Origin: Macrostomum lignano
Lineage: Eukaryota
Direction of reading: 5' to 3'
Assembly: GCA_002269645.1 (NCBI GenBank)
Contig: NIVC01000183.1
Span: forward strand, 1-64,000
DNA length: 64,000 nt
A program made the position numbers and the translations under genes. Within the stretch, counting starts at the first letter, position 1, and each line of letters starts with the position of its first letter. Below, in pieces: positions 25,766 to 38,200 of this stretch. Under the pieces are notes generated by a model that was not told where the DNA came from, searched no databases, and saw nothing but the letters and a program-made list of their open reading frames with translations.

Positions 25766-25979
25766 GCTGAGTCCCAGTCGCTTGAAACAAATCACCAGAC
25801 GAAACTCGTCGTTCTGCTTTGGTGACAGCAGCGCCTTCGCCTCGCAGACGGGTTGCCCCCCAATTAGCTGGCAGGTGTGCATCAGCGACGGCTGGTCGGC
25901 TCCGCCAGGGAAGGAAATCAGCAACTCGAAGGCCTGGGCACCGGGCGAGTAATCGAGATTTTCCAAAGACAATTTAAGC
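25766..25979 (-). CDS. Giant gene B exon (214 nt, phase 2-0)
   Basis: cttcag|G CTT AAA ... CTC AGC|gtaaga; LKLSLENL..AFELLISF..DEFRLVICFKRLGLS. Confidence 0.75.
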
Positions 25980-26075
25980 CTGAAGAGCAGCAGTGTGATT
26001 TTTACCAATATTTTAAACGCTTGTTCAGCGCATGAAAAACTATATTTAAAGATACATTTTAACAGTTAGTCTCAC

Positions 26076-26167
26076 CCAGCTGAAGAGTAGTTGGTCATTC
26101 GGCCGTAAATCACAATGCTGTGTCCATACCGTATTTGCACTGGGAGTCGCGCTCGGAATGGAATTAT
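26076..26167 (-). CDS. Giant gene B exon (92 nt, phase 0-2): start of the first C-terminal galectin-like domain
   Basis: atacag|ATA ATT CCA TTC ... GCT GG|gtgaga; IIPFRARLPVQIRYGHSIVIYG matches PF...L...L..G..I.I.G. Confidence 0.75.
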
Positions 26168-26221
26168 CTGTATAGTTCAAAAATATATATATAGAGCTTC
26201 ATGTCACCTGTAGAATATCAC

Positions 26222-26308
26222 AGGTAAAGGAGCTTTCAACTTAATCGCCGGAATGCAGCCCAAAGTAAAGCTCCATACCGAACCGACTGTTATCGACAAC
26301 TTGTCGGA
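26222..26308 (-). CDS. Giant gene B exon (87 nt, phase 0-0)
   Basis: tcaaccag|TCC GAC AAG ... TTA CCT|gtgata. The donor was chosen for phase; the nearby stronger-looking AG|gtgaca would give a stop. Confidence 0.5.
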
Positions 26309-26322
26309 CTGGTTGAAAAAAA

Positions 26323-27870
26323 ATTCGGAGACATTCCATCTAGGTCACATCCTTGTTCTCCCTCGATTTCCTATTCCGAGACATCCCATTTAGGTCATAT
26401 CCTTGTTCTCCCTCGATTTCCTATTCCGAGACATTCCATCTAGGTCACATCATTGTTCTCCCTCGATTCCCTATCCCGAGACATTCCATTTAGGTCACAT
26501 CCTTGTTCTCCCTCGATTTCCTATTCCGAGACATTCCATCTAGGTCACATCCTTGTTCTCCCTCGATTTCCTATTCCGAGACATCCCATTTAGGTCATAT
26601 CCTTGTTCTCCCTCGATTTCCTATTCCGAGACATTCCATCTAGGTCACATCATTGTTCTCCCTCGATTCCCTATCCCGAGACATTCCATTTAGGTCACAT
26701 CCTTGTTCTCCCTCGATTTCCTATTCCGAGACATTCCATCTAGGTCACATCCTTGTTCTCCCTCGATTTCCTATTCCGAGACATCCCATTTAGGTCATAT
26801 CCTTGTTCTCCCTCGATTTCCTATTCCGAGACATTCCATCTAGGTCACATCATCGTTCTCCCTCGATTCCCTATCCCGAGACATTCCATTTAGGTCACAT
26901 CCTTGTTCTCCCTCGATTTCCTATTCCGAGACATTCCATCTAGGTCACATCCTTGTTCTCCCTCGATTCCCTATCCCGAGACATTCCATCTAGGTCACAT
27001 CATTGTTCTCCCTCGATTTCCTATCCCGAGACATTCCATTTAGGTCACATCCTTGTTCTCCCTCGATTTCCTATTCCGAGACATTCCATCTAGGTCACAT
27101 CATTGTTCTCCCTCGATTCCCTATCCCGAGACATTCCATTTAGGTCACATCCTTGTTCTCCCTCGATTTCCTATTCCGAGACATTCCATCTAGGTCACAT
27201 CCTTGTTCTCCCTCAATTTCCTATTCCTAGATATTCAATTTAGGTCACATCATTGTTCTCCCTCGATTTCCTATCCCGAGACATTCAATTTAGGTCACTC
27301 TTGTTCTCCCTCGATTTCCTATTCCGAGACATTCCATCTAGGTCACATCCTTGTTCTCCCTCGATTTCCTATTCCGAGACATTCCATCTAGGTCACATCC
27401 TTGTTCTCCCTCGATTTCCTATTCCTAGATATTCAATTTAGGTCACATCATTGTTCTCCCTCGATTTCCTATCCCGAGACATTCAATTTAGGTCACTCTT
27501 GTTCTCCCTCGATTTCCTATTCCGAGACATTCCATCTAGGTCACATCCTTGTTCTCCCTCGATTTCCTATTCCGAGACATTCCATCTAGGTCACATCATT
27601 GTTCTCCCTCGATTTCCTATCCCGAGACATTCCATCTAGGTCACATCATTGTTCTCTCTCGATTTCCTATCCCGAGACATTCCATCTAGGTCACATCCTT
27701 GTTCTCCCTCGATTTCCTATTCCGAGACATTCCATCTAGGTCACATCATTGTTCTCCCTCGATTTCCTATCCCGAGACATTCCATCTAGGTCACATCATT
27801 GTTCTCTCTCGATTTCCTATCCCGAGACATTCCATCTAGGTCACATCCTTGCTATCCCTCGATTTCCTAT
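26323..27870. repeat. 50-bp tandem array, ~31 copies, filling an intron; 4-mer higher-order repeat
   Basis: cgagacattccatctaggtcacatccttgttctccctcgatttcctattc; variant acatcccatt recurs at 26381, 26581 and 26781. Confidence 0.97.
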
Positions 27871-27886
27871 CTTAAAGAACTCTTAC

Positions 27887-28531
27887 CGGCTTCAGAGTTG
27901 AGAATCCTTTGGCATTTTTTCGCCGCTCCAAATCTTCAATGGCAGATTCGTTCGTCAGCTGGAACTCCAGAGTGTCCCCATGGCTGCCGTCGCCGAATTG
28001 CAGAGAATTGCTGAGCTCTCTGTCTGAGCCGGCTCGAGGCCCGTCCCCGCTAGGGCTGTTAAACGCCTCGCTTTGCCAGTGGTCTCCAGAGGGCTTTTTC
28101 CAGTTGACTTGCCGCCTACTCAACCTTAACGATGCTGGCTCAGCTGAGAACTTCTTAGCCAGTCGCTGTTTGAACGAATCTTCGCTACAGCTGCTGCTGT
28201 CGTCGCTGCTGCTGCCGTCAGTTTCGCTGCTGCAACCGGAGGCCAGACGGTCACCTTTCACAAATCCGCTGGCGCCTTGCAAGTTATAGGAACTGTATCG
28301 AAATACTCCGAACTTGGCAGCGTCTTGAGCCCTGGATGGCTTCTGATTCGCTCCAGGCATCTTGGTTAGTGTCGAAATCATAACATCAGTGCCGTTGGAC
28401 ATTATGGCATGGTGGTCTGCTTCTTCGACATGCGTGTTTGGACCGATCGGCTCCGGACTGCGACCATCCCGTAATTTGCTCTGCTCGGTCCATTTGGAAT
28501 TGAGCGTAGCGTTGGTCTGATTAGCGGCAAT
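27887..28531 (-). CDS. Giant gene B linker exon (645 nt, phase 0-0), Ser-rich
   Basis: ttcatag|ATT GCC GCT ... AAG CCG|gtaaga; extends track ORF 27872-28402 upstream without a stop. Confidence 0.8.
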
Positions 28532-28779
28532 CTATGAAGGAGTTACAAGAAAATCGCTTTTAGAGGCATTGCTTTAAAGCTGGAGCATTAAAATTTCATA
28601 CAAAGAATTTTTTCCGACGATATTTTTCCCATTAGTTTGTCTCATCAACTAAATCTCATCTCATCATCTAAATAAAAATATCGTAGTATATTTCCTTCGT
28701 AAACCTCAGCGGGAAAATCTTATTCACCCTTTGAAACTATTGCTTCTCAATATCTTCGAATATACTAAATCAGTTACTA

Positions 28780-29172
28780 TAGGCGCCCTTGCGAGGCACA
28801 TTTAAGGTAACGCATTTTTTATTAGAGGCAAAGGGGTTGTGTGCACCCTGGCGCACTTTAAGCGACATCAACACACAACCGGCGAAAGGCATTACTGCCC
28901 ATTCCGCCGACTCCCCTGAGCAGGCACACAAGCGCGCGGATACGTACGCAGGCACACACTCACACAGGAGTGTACAGCGGCCCTAACTTTATTTTATCGT
29001 TAGGCATGTACACTTCACTGTGCCTTGGGGGGTTGGCTCTCAAGGCCGTTAATTGCACGAGCAGAGCCAAGCCGAGATTCCAATTTAGCCCCAAATTAAT
29101 GTGACTGCACTTGGAATCGAGCCTGGGTCGCTGGCACACCAGAGCCTGCGCTAGACCGCTGGGCTACGGCCC
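28780..29172 (-). mobile_element. tRNA-derived SINE-like element, intronic
   Basis: Minus strand GCCGTAGCCCAGCGGTCTAGCG...GGCTCGATTCC has A and B boxes; the 3' extent is approximate. Confidence 0.55.
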
Positions 29173-29235
29173 CCCCCCCAAAAGAGACGATGCAAACTGA
29201 AACAAAAATAATTTAGTAGATTAAAAAAAGCTTAC

Positions 29236-32200
29236 ACTGCCGCCATCAAAGAAGTACGGAGGCTCGTCATTGTCCGCCTCGCTGTCCTCGTCCTCACTGG
29301 CAGACAGGCGACCCGGCTGCTGGACAACATCATCCAACTGGCCACGAGTGCCTGTGTCGGCGCCTTCTGCTGCAGAACTGGCAGACTCGATTACTGACTG
29401 GAGCGATTCTCTGGATTCGCACTCTTGGCGCACCAGTGTTGGGGTTCCATTGAGCACTTTTGGCAAACTGATTTCATGCGCAGTTGTAGCGGCACTTATC
29501 TCAATTGCAGTCAATTCAGGATCTGAAGAATTTTCTGCTTGCTCTTGTTCAAGCTCTGCTTGTTGAACCTCGGTTTGGACAAGTGCCTTATCATTCGAGA
29601 GTTTGTTATCGTTGCTTAGAGGTGAAGAATCCCGCAAATTTTCGTTGTTGGAACGTAGCGAATTCGAATCTTCTAAGCTGCACGACTTGCGTGAAGGCTG
29701 GTTGTCGTAGTAGTGAGACACAGTACTCGAGGGTGAAACGGTATCTACCACGCTACTGTTGGTATTTGAGTCAAACGGCTTATCCTCGCTGTGACCATCT
29801 TTAAAGCACGTTTCCACTTCTTCTGATTCAATGTCTTCTGGCTGAAAGCCTCCCTGAGTGACAGTGTGTACAGACAAACTGTGATTTTGATCCAATGACG
29901 CGGTCTCTGACTGAGGAGAGGCACCTTCAAATTCAGGACTGTTTTGACTAGTGTGCGATGCAGTTGATTTATCCGACTCTTCAGCTAGGTCCCTGTCGAG
30001 CAAGCCTTTGACTGACCTTTCAGTTTGAAGAGTCACATTTTCGACACCTGCAGCTGCTGGGGTTCTATTTGAAAAATCTGTCGACGTGTCGTCTAGACAA
30101 GTGAAATCCAACTTTCTCATCGGTTCCATGCCTTCTTTGATGGTCGGCTTTGCATAACTATAAGATGGCACGCTAGTGTTAGGATTATCATTGAACTCAA
30201 GGCAGCCTGATATATCTATGGCTTCACTTGGAAAATTAATTTTTTTAGTGTCCTTTTCAAGATCGCTTAAAGCTTTCTCTTGCCCCGAAGACACTTCCTG
30301 CAATTCAATCGAAATCTGTTGGTCCTCGTACTCGATCCGGACCTCATCGACGTCCTGGTCGAGGTGCTTCACCAAGTTCTTTATGTCGTCGACTTCTGCA
30401 CCAATGGACTCATCGCGCTGCTCAGCATCAGTACCCTGCTGCAGCTTTCGAGCAAGCACGCTTTCCTCGGTCTCTTCAGCGAGATCGGCTGACTGGCTTT
30501 CGTGACGAAGCTCTCGGATCGGAGGCTCCGAAATTTCGATTGACAGTTGCTGATCCTGTGTCGAAGCTTCTTTTGTTGCTGCATCGCTACTTCCGACTTG
30601 CTCCTGGTTGTCCTGTTCGCTACTTTTGGTTTGACTAACTGTATCTGGGTCTCTTGACATTGACGGCACTTGTGTTTTGTTAGTCTCGCTGTCATTTCTC
30701 TGTGCTAGTTGACTTGATTGCTTCCTACGGAAGCTCGCCTCGTTTTCCGCGTTTCCAGCTGTGTCCAAGTCGGAGACATTATACGATCCTCTGTGTCGCT
30801 TAAAAACACCCAGGAACTTTCCGAACACGTTCTTTTTGTGCTTTGGTGGGTATGATGACTCGAGTGGCATCGAGCTTAGAGAATCAGAGCTCTGACTTTT
30901 ATCGTCGTGCGTTCCAGTCACACTTACACTGTGGGGTCTCGTCTGAGGTTTTTCTCTCTTTTCCGAGCTCTCACCAGATGTGTGTCGCAGCCTTACTTTT
31001 GATTCGATGGGCGGAAACTCTGCACTTCCCAAAGACAAGCGTTTTACTATTTTTGATGACTTTGGCTCGGCCAGATCTATCGACCTACTCTCGTTTCTTT
31101 CGTCGACGGGTGCGTCCTTAATATGATGCAGGAGATCGTCTGACTGCCAGGATCGATCGCTCTCCTTGGAAATTTGACTATCGCGATCAAACGAGTGCCC
31201 GTAGCGGGGAGGCTCGTGGATGATAGGCTCCGGCAATTCCATCGAAATCTGTTGGTCCTCGTACTCGATCCGGACCTCATCGACGTCCTGGTCGAGGTGC
31301 TTCACCAAGTTCTTTATGTCGTCGACTTCTGCACCAATGGACTCATCGCGCTGCTCAGCATCAGTACCCTGCTGCAGGTTTCGAGCAAGCACGCTTTCCT
31401 CGGTCTCTTCAGCGAGATCGGCTGACTGGCTTTCGTGACGAAGCTCTCGGATCGGAGGCTCCGGCAATTCCATCGAAATCTGTTGGTCCTCGTACTCGAT
31501 CCGGACCTCATCGACGTCCTGGTCGAGGTGCTTCACCAAGTTCTTTATGTCGTCGACTTCTGCACCAATGGACTCATCGCGCTGCTCAGCATCAGTACCC
31601 TGCTGCAGGTTTCGAGCAAGCACGCTTTCCTCGGTCTCTTCAGCGAGATCGGCTGACTGGCTTTCGTGACGAAGCTCTCGGATCGGAGGCTCCGGCAATT
31701 CCATCGAAACCTGTTGGTCCTCGTACTCGATCCGGACCTCATCGACGTCCTGGTCGAGGTGCTTCACCAAGTTCTTTATGTCGTCGACTTCTGCACCAAT
31801 TGACTCATCGCGCTGCTCAGCATCAGTACCCTGCTGCAGGTTTCGAGCAAGCACGCTTTCCTCGGTCTCTTCAGCGAGATCGGCTGACTGGCTTTCGTGA
31901 CGAAGCTCTCGGATCGGAGGCTCCGGCAATTCCATCGAAACCTGTTGGTCCTCGTACTCGATCCGGACCTCATCGACGTCCTGGTCGAGGTGCTTCACCA
32001 AGTTCTTTATGTCGTCGACTTCTGCACCAATTGACTCATCGCGCTGCTCAGCATCAGTACCCTGCTGCAGGTTTCGAGCAAGCACGCTTTCCTCGGTCTC
32101 TTCAGCGAGATCGGCTGACTGGCTTTCGTGACGAAGCTCTCGGATCGGAGGCTCCGGCAATTCCATCGAAACCTGTTGGTCCTCGTACTCGATCCGGACC

Positions 32201-35200
32201 TCATCGACGTCCTGGTCGAGGTGCTTCACCAAGTTCTTTATGTCATCGACTTCTGCACCAATGGACTCATCGCGCTGCTCAGCATCAGTACCCTGCTGCA
32301 GCTTTCGAGCAAGCACGCTTTCCTCGGTCTCTTCAGCGAGATCGGCTGACTGGCTTTCGTGACGAAGCTCTCGGATCGGAGGCTCCGAAATTTCGATTGA
32401 CAGTTGCTGATCCTGTGTCGAAGCTTCTTTTGTTGCTGCATCGCTACTTCCGACTTGCTCCTGGTTGTCCTGTTCGCTACTTTTGGTTTGACTAACTGTA
32501 TCTGGGTCTCTTGACATTGACGGCACTTGTGTTTCGTTAGTCTCGCTGTCATTTCTCTGTGCTAGTTGACTTGATTGCTTCCTACGGAAGCTCGCCTCGT
32601 TTTCCGCGTTTCCAGCTGTGTCCAAGTCGGAGACATTATACGATCCTCTGTGTCGCTTAAAAACACCCAGGAACTTTCCGAACACGTTCTTTTTGTGCTT
32701 TGGTGGGTATGATGACTCGAGTGGCATCGAGCTTAGAGAATCAGAGCTCTGACTTTTATCGTCGTGCGTTCCAGTCACACTTACACTGTGGGGTCTCGTC
32801 TGAGGTTTTTCTCTCTTTTCCGAGCTCTCACCAGATGTGTGTCGCAGCCTTACTTTTGATTCGATGGGCGGAAACTCTGCACTTCCCAAAGACAAGCGTT
32901 TTACTATTTTTGATGACTTTGGCTCGGCCAGATCTATCGACCTACTCTCGTTTCTTTCGTCGACGGGTGCGTCCTTAATATGATGCAGGAGATCGTCTGA
33001 CTGCCAGGATCGATCGCTCTCCTTGGAAATTTGACTATCGCGATCAAACGAGTGCCCGTAGCGGGGAGGCTCGTGGATGATAGGCTCCGGCAATTCCATC
33101 GAAATCTGTTGGTCCTCGTACTCGATCCGGACCTCATCGACGTCCTGGTCGAGGTGCTTCACCAAGTTCTTTATGTCGTCGACTTCTGCACCAATGGACT
33201 CATCGCGCTGCTCAGCATCAGTACCCTGCTGCAGGTTTCGAGCAAGCACGCTTTCCTCGGTCTCTTCAGCGAGATCGGCTGACTGGCTTTCGTGACGAAG
33301 CTCTCGGATCGGAGGCTCCGGCAATTCCATCGAAACCTGTTGGTCCTCGTACTCGATCCGGACCTCATCGACGTCCTGGTCGAGGTGCTTCACCAAGTTC
33401 TTTATGTCGTCGACTTCTGCACCAATTGACTCATCGCGCTGCTCAGCATCAGTACCCTGCTGCAGGTTTCGAGCAAGCACGCTTTCCTCGGTCTCTTCAG
33501 CGAGATCGGCTGACTGGCTTTCGTGACGAAGCTCTCGGATCGGAGGCTCCGGCAATTCCATCGAAACCTGTTGGTCCTCGTACTCGATCCGGACCTCATC
33601 GACGTCCTGGTCGAGGTGCTTCACCAAGTTCTTTATGTCGTCGACTTCTGCACCAATGGACTCATCGCGCTGCTCAGCATCAGTACCCTGCTGCAGGTTT
33701 CGAGCAAGCACGCTTTCCTCGGTCTCTTCAGCGAGATCGGCTGACTGGCTTTCGTGACGAAGCTCTCGGATCGGAGGCTCCGGCAATTCCATCGAAACCT
33801 GTTGGTCCTCGTACTCGATCCGGACCTCATCGACGTCCTGGTCGAGGTGCTTCACCAAGTTCTTTATGTCGTCGACTTCTGCACCAATGGACTCATCGCG
33901 CTGCTCAGCATCAGTACCCTGCTGCAGGTTTCGAGCAAGCACGCTTTCCTCGGTCTCTTCAGCGAGATCGGCTGACTGGCTTTCGTGACGAAGCTCTCGG
34001 ATCGGAGGCTCCGAAATTTCGATTGACAGTTGCTGATCCTGTGTCGAAGCTTCTTTTGTTGCTGCATCGCTACTTCCGACTTGCTCCTGGTTGTCCTGTT
34101 CGCTACTTTTGGTTTGACTAACTGTATCTGGGTCTCTTGACATTGACGGCACTTGTGTTTCGTTAGTCTCGCTGTCATTTCTCTGTGCTAGTTGACTTGA
34201 TTGCTTCCTACGGAAGCTCGCCTCGTTTTCCGCGTTTCCAGCTGTGTCCAAGTCGGAGACATTATACGATCGTCTGTGTCGCTTAAAAACACCCAGGAAC
34301 TTTCCGAACACGTTCTTTTTGTGCTTTGGTGGGTATGATGACTCGAGTGGCATCGAGCTTAGAGAATCAGAGCTCTGACTTTTATCGTCGTGCGTTCCAG
34401 TCACACTTACACTGTGGGGTCTCGTCTGAGGTTTTTCTCTCTTTTCCGAGCTCTCACCAGATGTGTGTCGCAGCCTTACTTTTGATTCGATGGGCGGAAA
34501 CTCTGCACTTCCCAAAGACAAGCGTTTTACTATTTTTGATGACTTTGGCTCGGCCAGATCTATCGACCTACTCTCGTTTCTTTCGTCGACGGGTGCGTCC
34601 TTAATATGATGCAGGAGATCGTCTGACTGCCAGGATCGATCGCTCTCCTTGGAAATTTGACTATCGCGATCAAACGAGTGCCCGTAGCGGGGAGGCTCGT
34701 GGATGATAGGCTCCGGCAATTCCATCGAAATCTGTTGGTCCTCGTACTCGATCCGGACCTCATCGACGTCCTGGTCGAGGTGCTTCACCAAGTTCTTTAT
34801 GTCGTCGACTTCTGCACCAATGGACTCATCGCGCTGCTCAGCATCAGTACCCTGCTGCAGGTTTCGAGCAAGCACGCTTTCCTCGGTCTCTTCAGCGAGA
34901 TCGGCTGACTGGCTTTCGTGACGAAGCTCTCGGATCGGAGGCTCCGGCAATTCCATCGAAACCTGTTGGTCCTCGTACTCGATCCGGACCTCATCGACGT
35001 CCTGGTCGAGGTGCTTCACCAAGTTCTTTATGTCGTCGACTTCTGCACCAATTGACTCATCGCGCTGCTCAGCATCAGTACCCTGCTGCAGGTTTCGAGC
35101 AAGCACGCTTTCCTCGGTCTCTTCAGCGAGATCGGCTGACTGGCTTTCGTGACGAAGCTCTCGGATCGGAGGCTCCGGCAATTCCATCGAAACCTGTTGG

Positions 35201-38200
35201 TCCTCGTACTCGATCCGGACCTCATCGACGTCCTGGTCGAGGTGCTTCACCAAGTTCTTTATGTCGTCGACTTCTGCACCAATTGACTCATCGCGCTGCT
35301 CAGCATCAGTACCCTGCTGCAGGTTTCGAGCAAGCACGCTTTCCTCGGTCTCTTCAGCGAGATCGGCTGACTGGCTTTCGTGACGAAGCTCTCGGATCGG
35401 AGGCTCCGGCAATTCCATCGAAACCTGTTGGTCCTCGTACTCGATCCGGACCTCATCGACGTCCTGGTCGAGGTGCTTCACCAAGTTCTTTATGTCGTCG
35501 ACTTCTGCACCAATGGACTCATCGCGCTGCTCAGCATCAGTACCCTGCTGCAGGTTTCGAGCAAGCACGCTTTCCTCGGTCTCTTCAGCGAGATCGGCTG
35601 ACTGGCTTTCGTGACGAAGCTCTCGGATCGGAGGCTCCGGCAATTCCATCGAAACCTGTTGGTCCTCGTACTCGATCCGGACCTCATCGACGTCCTGGTC
35701 GAGGTGCTTCACCAAGTTCTTTATGTCGTCGACTTCTGCACCAATGGACTCATCGCGCTGCTCAGCATCAGTACCCTGCTGCAGGTTTCGAGCAAGCACG
35801 CTTTCCTCGGTCTCTTCAGCGAGATCGGCTGACTGGCTTTCGTGACGAAGCTCTCGGATCGGAGGCTCCGGCAATTCCATCGAAACCTGTTGGTCCTCGT
35901 ACTCGATCCGGACCTCATCGACGTCCTGGTCGAGGTGCTTCACCAAGTTCTTTATGTCGTCGACTTCTGCACCAATTGACTCATCGCGCTGCTCAGCATC
36001 AGTACCCTGCTGCAGGTTTCGAGCAAGCACGCTTTCCTCGGTCTCTTCAGCGAGATCGGCTGACTGGCTTTCGTGACGAAGCTCTCGGATCGGAGGCTCC
36101 GGCAATTCCATCGAAACCTGTTGGTCCTCGTACTCGATCCGGACCTCATCGACGTCCTGGTCGAGGTGCTTCACCAAGTTCTTTATGTCGTCGACTTCTG
36201 CACCAATTGACTCATCGCGCTGCTCAGCATCAGTACCCTGCTGCAGGTTTCGAGCAAGCACGCTTTCCTCGGTCTCTTCAGCGAGATCGGCTGACTGGCT
36301 TTCGTGACGAAGCTCTCGGATCGGAGGCTCCGGCAATTCCATCGAAACCTGTTGGTCCTCGTACTCGATCCGGACCTCATCGACGTCCTGGTCGAGGTGC
36401 TTCACCAAGTTCTTTATGTCGTCGACTTCTGCACCAATGGACTCATCGCGCTGCTCAGCATCAGTACCCTGCTGCAGGTTTCGAGCAAGCACGCTTTCCT
36501 CGGTCTCTTCAGCGAGATCGGCTGACTGGCTTTCGTGACGAAGCTCTCGGATCGGAGGCTCCGGCAATTCCATCGAAACCTGTTGGTCCTCGTACTCGAT
36601 CCGGACCTCATCGACGTCCTGGTCGAGGTGCTTCACCAAGTTCTTTATGTCGTCGACTTCTGCACCAATTGACTCATCGCGCTGCTCAGCATCAGTACCC
36701 TGCTGCAGGTTTCGAGCAAGCACGCTTTCCTCGGTCTCTTCAGCGAGATCGGCTGACTGGCTTTCGTGACGAAGCTCTCGGATCGGAGGCTCCGGCAATT
36801 CCATCGAAACCTGTTGGTCCTCGTACTCGATCCGGACCTCATCGACGTCCTGGTCGAGGTGCTTCACCAAGTTCTTTATGTCGTCGACTTCTGCACCAAT
36901 GGACTCATCGCGCTGCTCAGCATCAGTACCCTGCTGCAGGTTTCGAGCAAGCACGCTTTCCTCGGTCTCTTCAGCGAGATCGGCTGACTGGCTTTCGTGA
37001 CGAAGCTCTCGGATCGGAGGCTCCGGCAATTCCATCGAAACCTGTTGGTCCTCGTACTCGATCCGGACCTCATCGACGTCCTGGTCGAGGTGCTTCACCA
37101 AGTTCTTTATGTCGTCGACTTCTGCACCAATGGACTCATCGCGCTGCTCAGCATCAGTACCCTGCTGCAGGTTTCGAGCAAGCACGCTTTCCTCGGTCTC
37201 TTCAGCGAGATCGGCTGACTGGCTTTCGTGACGAAGCTCTCGGATCGGAGGCTCCGGCAATTCCATCGAAACCTGTTGGTCCTCGTACTCGATCCGGACC
37301 TCATCGACGTCCTGGTCGAGGTGCTTCACCAAGTTCTTTATGTCGTCGACTTCTGCACCAATGGACTCATCGCGCTGCTCAGCATCAGTACCCTGCTGCA
37401 GGTTTCGAGCAAGCACGCTTTCCTCGGTCTCTTCAGCGAGATCGGCTGACTGGCTTTCGTGACGAAGCTCTCGGATCGGAGGCTCCGGCAATTCCATCGA
37501 AACCTGTTGGTCCTCGTACTCGATCCGGACCTCATCGACGTCCTGGTCGAGGTGCTTCACCAAGTTCTTTATGTCGTCGACTTCTGCACCAATTGACTCA
37601 TCGCGCTGCTCAGCATCAGTACCCTGCTGCAGGTTTCGAGCAAGCACGCTTTCCTCGGTCTCTTCAGCGAGATCGGCTGACTGGCTTTCGTGACGAAGCT
37701 CTCGGATCGGAGGCTCCGGCAATTCCATCGAAACCTGTTGGTCCTCGTACTCGATCCGGACCTCATCGACGTCCTGGTCGAGGTGCTTCACCAAGTTCTT
37801 TATGTCGTCGACTTCTGCACCAATTGACTCATCGCGCTGCTCAGCATCAGTACCCTGCTGCAGGTTTCGAGCAAGCACGCTTTCCTCGGTCTCTTCAGCG
37901 AGATCGGCTGACTGGCTTTCGTGACGAAGCTCTCGGATCGGAGGCTCCGGCAATTCCATCGAAACCTGTTGGTCCTCGTACTCGATCCGGACCTCATCGA
38001 CGTCCTGGTCGAGGTGCTTCACCAAGTTCTTTATGTCGTCGACTTCTGCACCAATTGACTCATCGCGCTGCTCAGCATCAGTACCCTGCTGCAGCTTTCG
38101 AGCAAGCACGCTTTCCTCGGTCTCTTCAGCGAGATCGGCTGACTGGCTTTCGTGACGAAGCTCTCGGATCGGAGGCTCCGGCAATTCCATCGAAACCTGT

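Noticed and set aside
21171-27870. CRISPR-like appearance of short regular arrays
   Set aside because: No unique spacers, no cas genes, and the context is a eukaryotic intron.
23055-29172. Functional tRNA genes at ~23100 and ~29140
   Set aside because: A and B boxes are present but the acceptor and anticodon stems do not pair; better read as SINE heads.
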